A stretch of 64,000 nt of DNA from Protoeuglena noctilucae (taxonomy: Eukaryota). Below, piece by piece: positions 12,701 through 23,523 of the stretch; the stretch's first letter is position 1; the number at the start of each line of letters is the position of its first letter. The translations under genes were made by a program, and so were the position numbers. The stretch covers positions 310,001 to 374,000 of the forward strand of contig OY253673.1 of the NCBI GenBank assembly GCA_958009085.1. Reading direction: 5' to 3'. Under the pieces are notes generated by a model. It was not told where the DNA came from, ran no database searches, and worked only from the letters and a program-made list of their open reading frames with translations.

Positions 12701-15700
12701 TGCATGTGTCCCAGCGGCACGCCATTCCGCCCCTCCGTGGGACGCACGCCGGGGTTGGGGGACGACCGGGTTCGCTTTCGGCAGGGGCGCGACCTGGCCT
12801 GCCGCTCCGCCCACCACATCCACACGCGCCGCCCCCGCCCTCCCTGGGCTGCGCTGGCCGCCAAGTCCCCGCGACGGCACCTCCCACGTCCCATCCACCC
12901 CAGCTGCCTGCTGTCCCTGCACCCTGCTCTGGCGCGATACCTTCAGCGCCCTCATCACCGCTTGAAACTCCTCCTCAGACCCAGACTCGTCGCTGTCACT
13001 CGCCCACGCCTGCGCCGCGCCCACTCGCAGCGTCCCTCGGCCCAGCTCCACCCCAAAGCCGTTGCCCTGCCCTACCCCGTCCCCTCCTCTCGCACCTCCC
13101 GTGCCCTGTGTGTGAGCGCTCTCCCGCCCCCACGCGCTCCCCAGTGGCCCCCCCTTGGAGGGGCGCACCAGCCTGTCCCAGAACCGGTCGAACGGAGTCG
13201 CGGTCGGCTCCGACGCTCGCCAGTCTGTGCCCACCGCAGGGTCTCCAGGCCCGGTCCCGAGGCCGCCAAAGGAGCGTACGGGGCCCGGAGCCTGCGGCGG
13301 CGGGCCAGGTGCGCCCCGGCCCGGGGAGCCCCGCTGCGAATCGTGATCGCGGCGGTGCTCGCCCGGGCGCGCGGCCAAGGGGGGGCCGGTCAAAAACCCG
13401 GCGGGGGTGTCGGGCGCGAGGGGACGGTGCGGGGAGGGTCTGCAGGTGCGGGGGGCGTCCCCGCCCCGCCCCGCAGCCTGAGCACGGCATGCGTGCCTGG
13501 GGCGCTGGCGGCGGCTGGGTCGCCGCTGCCGGGCTTGTCTGGTAAAGAGAAGCCCCTGCCGTGCGTGCCCGGCACGACACGCAGCAGGTGCGGCTCTCCT
13601 GTCCCGGCCACCGCGCCGGCCAGCCAGTCGACCGCAGCGGTGTTGGTGTCGGTGACGACCACGCGCTTGCGCGGGCGTGCGGTTGCAGGGCCGGCAGACA
13701 TCGCAGCCGGCGGGGCGGCGTCGGTCGGCCGCGGCTCGCGACCCCGGCCGGTCCCTAGGGTTTCTGGGGCGGCGGATGAGGCTTGTTCCCCTGCGGACTG
13801 CGCCTCCGCGTTTGCTGGCGGGAGTGGCGGGACCGGATCTGAGGGTCTGTGGCCCGCCCAGGCATCACCCATGCTTGTCCCGGGACCCTCAGAGACACGA
13901 GGGGCATGCAACGGGGACTGAGAGTCTTGTGAAGCTCCTCTCACGCGCGTGGCACCCACATGGTCAGACGCGGCGGGCCGTGCATCGGGGGAGGGCACGC
14001 CAGGCGGTGAGGGCAGGGACTGGGACACCTCCGGCCTGGGAGCAGAGTAGAGTGGGGTTGGGCTGTAGGGGCAGCGCATCGACACCGTCACAGCGTCCAA
14101 CAGCAGCGCCAGCGCAGCGCGTGGGTCGATGACCAGTCACCCGCCACCGTGCAACATAGCACATTGCAGCGTCACTCACCAATCCATGGCTTGCTCCCTC
14201 ACGTCCACCTCGGCCCCATTCCTTCCCACTGCCATATCCACATCCGCCTCTTGCGCTACTTCTGATTTTTCATCCACGCCCTCGTCAGCACCCCCTCTCG
14301 CCCCGGCCTCCGCCGTCTCACTCCTTTCCATCTCAGCTGCAGCCGCGCTCCTCTCTCCCCCCACAGCATCGCCGCCATCCCGCACTCCATCCACCTCTGC
14401 TCCAAGCACGTTCTCTGCAGCAATGCGCAGAGCCGCTCCCCAGCGTGGCCGCTTGGGTCTCGGACCCAACCCCTGCTCCCCTAATGCGCCTGCTGAGGGA
14501 CCCACATCACCCCCGTCCCGCCTGCCCACCTCATGCTCCTTGCCGGTGCCCTGAAGATCGGAAGGCGGCACATCTGGTGGCGGGGGCGGCACCTCTGATG
14601 GAGCCTCGGCCGCCTGATCGTCGCGGAGGTCCGGGCGAGACGGCGGCGGGGGCGGCGGAGGCGAGTCCGGAGCCTGGATGTCGTGAAACTCTAACTGGGG
14701 TGGCGGTGGAGGCGGCGGGGGCGACGAGGGCGCAGGCATGGGCCCCGCTCCCACGTCACCGTACGCACGCTCGGAAGGCCACGGCAGGGGTACTAATTCT
14801 TGCAATTGGCCGTGCGGGGCGTCCTGCAGCCGCGCTTTCCAGGCTGGGACCGGCAGCGAGGGGTCCAGAGGCCCGCCCCATGCGCCCCCATGAGGTTGCG
14901 GTGGAGGCGGGGGCGGGGGCGGGGGTGCTGCCTCTTGGAGCTCGACGGGAAGCGGGGGTGCGTGCAGCATTCCCCAGGCTGGCATGGGTGGCCCCTGTTG
15001 CCAGGTGCCCGCTGTCGCATGAATTGGCGGCGGCAGTGGGGGCAGGGGCACCTCGCTGGGCGAAGGGAAAGCACCGCTGGGGTCTTGGCTGTCGGGTGCA
15101 GCGCCTGCGAGCAGAGCAAGTGCCACGGTGGCCCTTGAGCATCTGTAAGACGCACGTCCTTGTCCCACTCAGAACAAGCAACGCTTAGGGACCCAAGTTC
15201 GCAAGTAAAAATCGCAACCCCACCTTTGGCTGGGTCCAAGCCCTTTGTGGAGGACCCCGCGCCGTCTGCGGCGTCTCCCTCCACGTCGGCCTTCGATGTC
15301 GGCAGCGAAGAGGCCCTGCCCCCCGCCGGCTGCGACAACTCCCCGGCCGCATCGTCGCAAGCGAGGATGGCTTGCACGCGGCGGGCCACCTGAGGGTCCA
15401 GGCTCATGACGGACAAGAGAGATGCGAAGGCCTTGCGGACCCGTACCTGCGGGCAGCGCGAGAGGTGCCGGGGATCTCGCCCGGGCCAGGAGCACACGGG
15501 TTGCATGCACATGCACTGCGCTGATGAGTTCGCGGCCTCACCACGTGCTTGAGAGGGCATTGGAGCGCGAACTGGGCAGTTTTCTCGATGTTGACCGCGA
15601 AGCGCGACGTGAGCTTCTCCTTGCCAGGGAACGCGGCGTGCGCGCGCCGGCACAGGTAGACTGCGGGGCAGCGACGGGCGGTCGTCTTGACGCACGCGCG

Positions 15701-16065
15701 CGCAGTGAAAGCCAAGACGCGGCTGAGCACGCGCAGCATGCGCATACTCCTCTCACCGATCGTCAGGAGGACGTTGATCTTCCGACTGCTCGGCGCGCTC
15801 TTCATCAGCTTCTCGAGGTCCCGCACGACCACTTTGTACGTGGCGCTGTGCGCCTCGAGGACCACTCCCTCGAGGCTGCTGAGCGTGCCCTGCAACAACG
15901 GTAGCGACTTCTATATCACGCAGCGGCGCGCACGGCCAGGATGCACGCGGCGGCCCGCATGGCCAGGCGCCAGCACGCTCTACTCGCCTTGGTGGGCGAC
16001 GTGGCGGCCTCATTGATGAGGCGAATGAACTCCCCCCTCCTAGTCCACTCGCTCGACTGCGGCAT
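6704..16065 (-). CDS. Very large protein with N-terminal CTD-interacting domain (CID, SCAF4/SCAF8/Nrd1-like), followed by Pro-rich and long disordered regions
   Basis: The spliced N-terminus MPQSSEWTRRGEFIRLINEAATSPTK|GTLSSLEGVVLEAHSATYKVVVRDLEKLMKSAPSSRKINVLLTI..LCRRAHAAFPGKEKLTSRFAVNIEKTAQFALQCP resembles the SCAF8-type CID pattern. It continues through ORFs 14176-15168, 13390-14100, 10094-13393 and 6704-10069. The junction near 13393 is unresolved. Confidence 0.65.
9621..9740 (-). repeat. Coding 15-bp tandem repeat (PAATD/PAAAD x ~7)
   Basis: Repeated gggtcggtggctgc-type units, translated as DPAAADPAAINPAATDPAATDPAATDPAATDPAATDP. Confidence 0.85.
10331..10445 (-). repeat. Coding degenerate repeat (SPAHSP units)
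   Basis: Repeated ggcgagtgcgca units, translated as SPAHSPVHWPQAPVDRSPAHSPAHSPQAPADNSPAHSP. Confidence 0.75.
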
Positions 16066-16447
16066 GGCTCGCCTGCCCTCCTGTATCAAGCCCCCAGGGC
16101 TGCGGGACGGGAGGCGCCGGATCTGTCCTGCCCCCGCTGCTCAGCGACCAGCCCCGCCCGTCCTCCGCAGCCAGCCAGCATCTCATTACTCACCGACAGC
16201 GACCTATTCTCTCATGTCACACGGGTTTTCGAGATCCTTGGCAAAACCGCGCTCTCTTCTCTGCTCTAAGAACTGTGCGCACAATTGGACCGCACACACC
16301 GACATATGGTTGCAACACAACGCTGCGTTGCGGTTCGATCCGTTCCTCGCTCCCTTTCAGGGCCCAGACCGACCTGTTGCGCTGACACGCGAGCGAGGGG
16401 GTTGAAGGGTGGCAGGGCCGACCATCGCAGGCGCTGTCTGAGACGAG

Positions 16448-18762
16448 ATGGCGTCCAAGAGCCTGCTGGAGCGCGCCGCTCGGGCGGTCCGGCTGTCCGC
16501 CGGGCCCTCGGGGTCCAGGTGAGAGAGGGACGGGGGTCTGGCGAGACTCGCGGTCATGTGAAGCCCTCTTCGTGGCAGTGGGCTGGCCGGGGGGCGCATC
16601 GGGCCTCACGGTGGGCCAGGGCACACACCCGACGCTCGCAAAGGCGCGCCAGCGTTGCGCAGGGTCACCGCTGCGCGCCCGCACGCTTGCGTACCCCAAT
16701 GTCGCTTGGCCGCACTCCGCATGCGGGCTGGCAGGCCCTGGAGTTTCGCCAGCGGGCCGCTGTCGGACGCCCCCTTCCGTGCCTTGCCGCGAGCGCGGGA
16801 GCGCCGGGCGTCCCCGTCGCTGCCCCCGACACGAAGCTTGGTGACCTCTCGATGCGGGCGCAGGGCGCTGTCGGCGGTGACGGAGTACATCGGGGGCGTG
16901 AGCCCAGATGTTCAGACTCCCTTCCTCCGGTACGCGAGCCCCGTGCCATCCAACCTCGACCTCACGGACCTAGTGAAGGGGATTCCCGAGACGAAGGTGC
17001 GTCGCGGTTCTGGGGCCCGGACAGAGCGGGGTCAGGCGGGGGCAGCGAGGAGTTGCGCGCCTGGGCGTGGCTGCGGGGTTCGGCGCGATCCGGCGCTGCG
17101 AACGGCTGTCCGCAGATCACGACGTTGGCGAATGGCATGCGGGTGGCATCGGAGACGTACCCCTACGCGAGCACTGCCTGCGTGGGCCTGTTCATCGACA
17201 CGGGGTCGCGGTACGAGTCGGCGGAGACAAACGGGGTGGCCCACTTCCTGGAGCACTTGGCGTTCAAGGGGACCAAGAGCCGATCGAGGGAGAAGCTGGA
17301 GGTGGAGATCGAGAACCACGGGGCGCACCTGAACGCCTACACGACGCGGTGCGTCGCCCCGGCCGGGTGGGTGCTGCGGCAAGGGGGGGCCGGGGCGTCC
17401 GGTTGCGAGGGCCTTTCCTCCGCGCGCGCAGGGAGCAGACGGTGTTCTTCTCCCAGAGCACGGCGAACAAGGTCGGGGCGATGCTGGACATCATCGCCGA
17501 CATCATGCAGAACTCGACGCTGAGCGAGAGCGCGGTGGAGAAGGAGCGGTCGGTGATCCTGCAGGAGGCGCAGGAGGTGAACAAGATCCCGGAGGAGGTC
17601 GTGCTGGACCACTTGCACGCCACGGCTTTCCAGAAGAGCCCGCTGGGGCAGACCATCCTCGGCCCGATGAGCAACATCAAGGCCATCACGCGCCAGCACA
17701 TCGTCGACTACATCCAGACGCACTACACGGCGCCCCGCATGGTCCTGGTGGGCGCCGGCAACGTCGAGCACGGGGACTTGGTCAAGATGGCCGAGCGGAG
17801 CTTCCAGGGGCTGCCGTCGGGCGGGGTGGCGACGGCCGACCTGCTGGCCCAGCAGCCGCCGTACTTCACGGGCTCCGACGTGCGCATCCGGGAGCCGCAC
17901 ATGGACACGTGCAACTTCGCCATCGCCTTCGAGGGCCTCCCCCATACGCACCCGGACCTCCCAGCCCTCATGATCCTCCAGAAGATGATCGGGGAGTTCA
18001 ACGAGGCCTCCACCACGGACCACTTCAAGGGCTCCACGCTGGCGTCCTCCCTCTCCTTCGCCGGCACCGCCAAGAGCATGTTTGCCTTCTCGACGCCCTA
18101 CCACGACACGGGCCTGTTCGGCATTTACTGCTCGGCCAACGAGGACAAGATCTACAACGCATGCGTCTCGGTGAGCAGGCGGAGAGACAGGCCGTCGCCG
18201 CATGCCTGTGAAGGGGATGAAGGCGGGCACAGCAACCTGCGCCACGCGACCGCCGCCTGCGTGACGGTTGCCCCGCTCGTCCTTGCAGGTGATGCGTGCC
18301 TTCACGGAGCCCATCTACCAGGTGTCGGAGAGGATGCTGGACAACGTCACCCGCGCGCGCAACCAGCTCAAGGCGGGCATCCTGTCGTCTCAGAACTCCA
18401 TGTCCTCGGTGGCCACGGAGATTGGGTCGCAGCTGCTGACACTGGGGCGCCGCATGCCCAAGGAGGAGATCATGGCCAGGCTTGGTGAGTGCCGCCGCTG
18501 TGGAGTCGCAGTGTATGGCCGGTTGGGCGGGCCCTGGGCTCCAGAGGGTCAGGTCACAGCGCGGTGACTGGGTGGACGACCCTAACCCTTGCTCTCACCT
18601 CGCCGCGCAGATGCGGTGGACGCCAAGAAGGTGCAGGCGGTGGCGGAGCGCCTGATTTTGGACCAGGACCCCGCCGTCGCGGCCTATGGCGAGACCTTCT
18701 ACATGAACCGGTACAGCGACTACAACTGGATTAAGAGGCGCACCTTCATGCAGCGCTTCTGA
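16448..18762 (+). CDS. MPPB: Mitochondrial processing peptidase beta subunit / cytochrome bc1 core protein 1 (M16 peptidase), 6 exons
   Basis: Arg-rich presequence [29 protein letters not shown]; intact HxxEH motif ([14 protein letters not shown]); [40 protein letters not shown] introns; TGA at 18760-18762. Confidence 0.95.
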
Positions 18763-19221
18763 CCCTCCAGCTCAGCTGCGCCACGCCCTCTCTCGTCCTT
18801 TCGTCGTCCCGGCTGGCCGTCTCCGTAGAAGGCGGCTTGCTGCCGGGAACACTCTTGGTTGTGTGCTGGGGTTTGAAATTCCCGGCAACACAACACAGCG
18901 CTGTTGTCAGAGCGAAGCTGCGAGCGCAAGCGAACGCGGCGAGCACGCGAATGAGCGGGGCGCAGGGGCGGACAGTCGCTTTGCGGGGTCCAGGACAGGG
19001 CCCGCAAGCAGCACGGCAATGCTGGGTCTCACTGCCATCGCTGGGCTCTGCGCCAAGCTCCTGACAGCGCGTGGGAAGAGACTGCGAGGGCGCGAGCCGC
19101 AGGCCAGCCCTGCTGCGCGCAGGGCGCGCCGCGCAGCTGCCTGGGCATTCGAATTTTGCACGACACCCTGCCCCGCCCGCCGCTGCCCGAGGCTCTAAGA
19201 CCGACTTCCGCGTCGAGATGT

Positions 19222-19237
19222 GGTGTTTAATAACACC
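19222..19237 (-). promoter_or_regulatory. Histone mRNA 3' stem-loop (H2B copy 1)
   Basis: Minus strand reads GGTGTT-ATTA-AACACC (6-bp stem, 4-nt loop), ~50 nt after the H2B stop, flanked by CCAACC and ACATCT. Confidence 0.85.
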
Positions 19238-19285
19238 GGTTGGGAAAGGTGGGCCCGGGGGCCCGCGCGGACGAGGCCGCGGCGC

Positions 19286-19642
19286 TTACGAGGACGTGAA
19301 CTTGGTCACGGCCTTGGTGCCCTCCGACACGGCGTGCTTGGCCAGCTCGCCGGGCAGGATGAGGCGCACGGCCGTCTGGATCTCGCGCGACGTGATGGTG
19401 GGCTTCTTGTTGTAGCGCGCGAGGCGGGACGACTCGGTGGCGATGCGGTCGAAGATGTCGTTGATGAACGAGTTCATGATCGACATCGCCTTGGACGAGA
19501 TGCCCGTGTCGGGGTGCACCTGCTTGAGCACCTTGTAGATGTAGATCTTGTAGGTCTCAGCCTTGGACTTCTTGCGGCCCTTCTTGGCGTCGACCTTCTT
19601 GGTCGTCTTCTTGGCGGGCGTCTTCTCGGCCTTGGGCGGCAT
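19286..19642 (-). CDS. H2B: Histone H2B (intronless)
   Basis: [90 protein letters not shown]. Confidence 0.99.
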   Translation of the reverse strand: MPPKAEKTPAKKTTKKVDAKKGRKKSKAETYKIYIYKVLKQVHPDTGISSKAMSIMNSFINDIFDRIATESSRLARYNKKPTITSREIQTAVRLILPGELAKHAVSEGTKAVTKFTSS

Positions 19643-20018
19643 GGTTGGGAAGTAGGCGGCGGGCGACGGAGGAACCGTGCGGGACTACTGGCCAGCCCCG
19701 GGGCCGGCCCGGGCTAGATGAGCCCTGCCAGCGGGGCCGCCCGGGTACCTTACCCTCCGGACCGACCGGCGCGCCGCGGGGGAGCGGGGCTGTCGGAGCG
19801 GTCTCTGAGGACGTATTTTGCAATGAGAAAGCCGCAGGAGCCGGTCCGCAAGCCTTCCGATGCCGAGAAGGACCCCAAACCCCCCGCCCATCTTTCCGAG
19901 GTCATCCCCCGGCCAGGGTACGTCCCCACCTGGCGGGGCCTCAAGAGGGCCCGGCCAGGCCCCCGGCTGGCACAACCTCCCATCGGTCCCCCATCGATCG
20001 GTGCGCTCTCCAACCAAC
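19643..20018. promoter_or_regulatory. Bidirectional H2B/H2A promoter region
   Basis: 376 bp between divergent ATGs. Related AGGGTA-x-G motifs face each gene ~100 nt upstream of the ATG (~19743-19756 minus, ~19915-19927 plus). Confidence 0.6.
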
Positions 20019-20420
20019 ATGTCTGGCAAGGGTCGCGGCAAGGCGTCGGGCAAGAAGGCCCAGACGCGGTCGTCCAAGGCGGGGCTCCAGTTCCCCGTCG
20101 GGCGCATCGCGCGGTACCTGAAGAAGGGCAAGTACGCGACGCGCGTGGGCGCCGGCGCCCCCGTGTACCTCGCGGCGGTCCTGGAGTACCTGTGCGCGGA
20201 GGTCCTGGAGCTGGCGGGCAACGCGGCGCGCGACAACAAGAAGACGCGCATCATTCCCCGGCACATCCAGCTGGCCGTCCGCAACGACGAGGAGCTGTCC
20301 AAGCTGCTCGCGGGCGTGACGATCGCGGCCGGCGGCGTGCTCCCCAACATCCACTCCGTGCTGCTCCCCAAGACGACGGGCGCCACGGGCGGCAAGACGC
20401 CCAAGAAGGAGAGCCAGTAA
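20019..20420 (+). CDS. H2A: Histone H2A (intronless), C-terminus ...[10 protein letters not shown]
   Basis: MSGKGRGK...[40 protein letters not shown]...[33 protein letters not shown]. Confidence 0.99.
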   Translation: MSGKGRGKASGKKAQTRSSKAGLQFPVGRIARYLKKGKYATRVGAGAPVYLAAVLEYLCAEVLELAGNAARDNKKTRIIPRHIQLAVRNDEELSKLLAGVTIAAGGVLPNIHSVLLPKTTGATGGKTPKKESQ

Positions 20421-20488
20421 GCTGGCCCGCTCCTGCGGCCGCGCGGTGTCCGCGTGATCCATCGCCCCTCGGGGTACCTTTCCAACCC

Positions 20489-20504
20489 GGTGTTATTTAA
20501 CACC
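20489..20504 (+). promoter_or_regulatory. Histone mRNA 3' stem-loop (H2A copy 1)
   Basis: GGTGTT-ATTT-AACACC followed by ACATCT. Confidence 0.85.
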
Positions 20505-20691
20505 ACATCTGGCCGGAAGTTGAAACGGCGAATCCTAGATGTGGCGCTGGGGCACACGGGCAGCGCGCCTGTGCTGACACGCGACCGGGTGGCTGTTGCG
20601 GTCCTACTCCCGCGCATCAGTAAGCCTCCGGAGTTCGCAAATGCGGTCCTGGTTTTGAAGTGGCTGCTAGGCTAGTATGCGCTGCTACGTG

Positions 20692-20696
20692 TTACA
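20692..20696 (-). terminator. Green-algal type polyadenylation signal TGTAA downstream of QSOX
   Basis: TGTAA on the minus strand ~50 nt after the QSOX stop. UGUAA is the known chlorophyte poly(A) signal. Confidence 0.5.
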
Positions 20697-20744
20697 CGCG
20701 TGCATGTGCCAGCGTGCCATGCATCGCTGTCGTGCCCCTCCCGC

Positions 20745-23114
20745 TCAGACGCTCTTGGGGCTGGGCGGCGGCCTCTCCACGGTGGGGAGCAGGGTGCGCT
20801 TGCGCTCCCACTTGCGGCCGAGGGAGGCGCTGCCGGCCTGGTACCCCCGCCAGGCGACGAAGGCGGACAGCGTCAGAGCCACGGAGCCCCACACCACGTA
20901 GCGCCTCGTCCCCAAGGACACTTCTTCCCCGCCGAGCGGCCCTCGGGCCCGGCCCTGGGGCTCAGACCTCTGCGTGGGGGCAGGCATCGCACATCCGTCG
21001 CACCTCACGATTCACGTCTCGTCAAACACACTACCACGCGTCCCTCACGCCGGGCATCTACAGCTCCACATGGCTCGACGGAGCCGCGCAAGCCTCCTCC
21101 TGGGCCATTTGTGGAGGAGCCAGGCACGATCCCTCTCCCAGATCAGCCGCTGCCTCCCCGGGCCCCCCGTGCGCAGAGCAAGGCCCGCAGCGCGTCAAAT
21201 CATGCAGCGACGGCGCGCACTCTATCTCAGAGCCTCCGGGCAGGACGCCCGGACCCCCTAGGAGCGTGCCCCATGCCGCCTGCGCCACCTCGCAAGCACT
21301 CTGCGCAGCGCGGCGGCCGGGAAAAGGCGGTCACGGCCGGGCCCCGGAAACGAGCGCGAGACCACCGTCACATGTGCAAGTCTAAGCAAAGCATGGAAGG
21401 CGCTCACCTGCTTGCCCTCGCTCCCCGAGATGTGCCGGACCTGGCCGCCCTCGAGGACGTATCCGTAAAAGTCGACGAGGAAGAGGTGGACCTGGTCATC
21501 AATCCACTGCACGCGGCCGTCCTTGTCTGGTCGACCGCCGTTCTTGCTGCACTGCCAGCAGAGGCCGGGTCCGGGCCACTGCTGCTTGGGGAAGGCGGGG
21601 TCGCTCCAGGGCGCGGTGAAGTTGTTGACGATGTTGTGGATCCGCCACATCCACAGCACGAGGTCCTTTCCGGTCTGCACGAGCGCGCCGGACTTGGGCG
21701 AAAGCGCCGCCTTCTGGAAGTGCTCGCCGCAGTTGTGGCACCCGAACAAGTGCATCATGAAGTCCCCCACGGCGCGCACGAAAGGCTGCGCGTCGTCGTC
21801 GCCGATCCCCATGGTCATGCCGTGCAGCAGCTGCCAGAACCCGCAGGAGAAGCCCCGCAGGTCGGACGCCGAGCCACGGCACGCCCCCCACGTATCCCAA
21901 GTCACGAGGTCCCCGCAAGGCCGCCATCGCTCGAATGCACCGAAGTCGGTCGGCTCCGGCGCCCCCTCCGGCCACACGTCCGCCAGGAGGGCGCGGAGCT
22001 CCACAAAGCTCTCCCGGCACTTGTCGATGGGATGGTACTTGATCAGGAAAGGCAAGAAGTCCACAAGCGCTTTGCGGGCTTCCTCCCCGCGCATCAACTC
22101 CCGGTTCTGCTGCATCTGCTCAAACTGCAGGGGCGAGGGGCGGGCGGCCGTAGTCAGGCGCACGTCTCCACGCCAACCGGCCACCTGGTCTGCAGCCACG
22201 CCCGCTCGCCTACTGCACCGTGGCGAGGGCCGTGTCGCGAAGGTCGACCATGGTTTGCACGGGACCGAGGGTCGCCGTGGCCCCGGGTGTCAGCAGCACC
22301 ACGTGCTGAAACACTCCGGACGTGTCGTACGCGGCCCCGACTGTCGCCGCCACATCGTTGATGATGGACACCTCCACGTCCTGCTTGTGGTTGTGGCTCA
22401 GCTCCGCGATCCGGTCCAGCTTGCGCGCGACGAAGTCCTCTGGCCGGCCCAGGCGCAGCGTGGGGAACCACTTGACCTGCGTACCAGGGAGGGCCCTGGG
22501 CGCTTACAAACGCGACATCCGCGCGACACCCACGGGCCGCAAGTCATGTGCCATGCAGATGTGGTCGAGAGCCGCACCTGGAACGACTCGCAGACTTTCG
22601 GCCAGTCAGCGCAGTCCACGCGAGCCACCGTGACGTGCGGGGTGGGGCGCGGATCCGTGTTGAAGAAAGAACCAATCACCTCGTAGCTGTGCTTGAACTT
22701 CTTGCAATGGGGACACCTGAGCGGGGCATCGGGCGACCGAAGACGTGTGGGCAGGGAGCCAGAGGCCCACGAAGCGCCACAAGCTGTCATGTGCAAAGAA
22801 GCTCACCAGTGAGCCCAGAACTCCATCAGCACCCAGTCGTCGCCGCCCACGAAATCCGAAAGGAAAGCATCGAACGTGCCTGCGGGGGCAGACGGGGAGC
22901 GTCCAGTCGGTATGCAGCGCGGGAATGCTTCTCAGTGCCTACGCCGCAGCCTAGGCTCACCGTCCGTGAGATCGTAGGGAGGGACGCCCGAGATGCCATT
23001 CTCCGCGGCCACGACGCGGATCACGCACAGCAATGCCACGATGAGGAGGGCCGCAGAGAGCGCAGGCGCCCAGGGACGTCCCGCAGGAGCGCCCCCTCCT
23101 CGCCAAGCGCCCAT
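20745..23114 (-). CDS. QSOX: Quiescin sulfhydryl oxidase (thioredoxin + Erv/ALR domain, signal peptide, C-terminal TM)
   Basis: Signal peptide ALSAALLIVALLCVI; spliced EFWAHW|CPHCKKF thioredoxin CxxC; CRGS..DLRGFSCGFWQLLH, FGCHNCGEHF, LVLWMWRIHNIVN, DPAFPKQQWP..LCWQC; TM YVVWGSVALTLSAFVAW. Confidence 0.92.
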
Positions 23115-23523
23115 GGCTCACGCGGCCCGCCAGTCACGCTACCAAGCCCTCATGAAACAACCTCCCGCCAATGCCGGTCGGGAGGCAATCGAATCTAGAA
23201 ATGCTAACCCTGGTCCACCCCTGCGCCTCCCTTCGCCGCGCCCTAGCCCTACCACGACTGCCCAAGTGGCATCCTGCACTCCTGCGGGACGTCGGTCGAA
23301 GCCGTGTCGTGGCACCACACTGGCAAGGTGACACGGGCAGACTGAGGCAGGGGCGTCACTCGGTGCGTGCGGGGCCTGAAGAGCCCGCGTACTGCCTCAG
23401 TGGCGACAGAAGGTTGCGCTCCCGAGAAGGCATAGTCGCAGGCTGTGATGCGGGCGCGGCGCCGTTCAAAAGACATGACCGTGACAGCTTAAGGGCTCCC
23501 GCCGCGCCTCGCACGCGGACAGG

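Larger units (their letters stand above)
19063..20905. repeat. Segmental duplication copy 1 (1843 bp; H2B-H2A pair plus QSOX 3' end)
   Basis: Near-identical to 32962-34804 (offset 13899), with four substitutions seen by eye. Confidence 0.95.

Noticed and set aside
13539..13598. Possible GA-AG intron (ACAG|GAGAGC...TTACCAG)
   Set aside because: It is 60 nt, in frame and stop-free in an unconserved region, so nothing requires it.
20415..20422. GTAAGC overlapping the H2A stop as an alternative splice donor giving an H2A.X-type SQEF tail
   Set aside because: No downstream acceptor yields SQ(E/D)-hydrophobic-stop. H2B has the same GTAAGC stop context, so it looks like a shared termination context.
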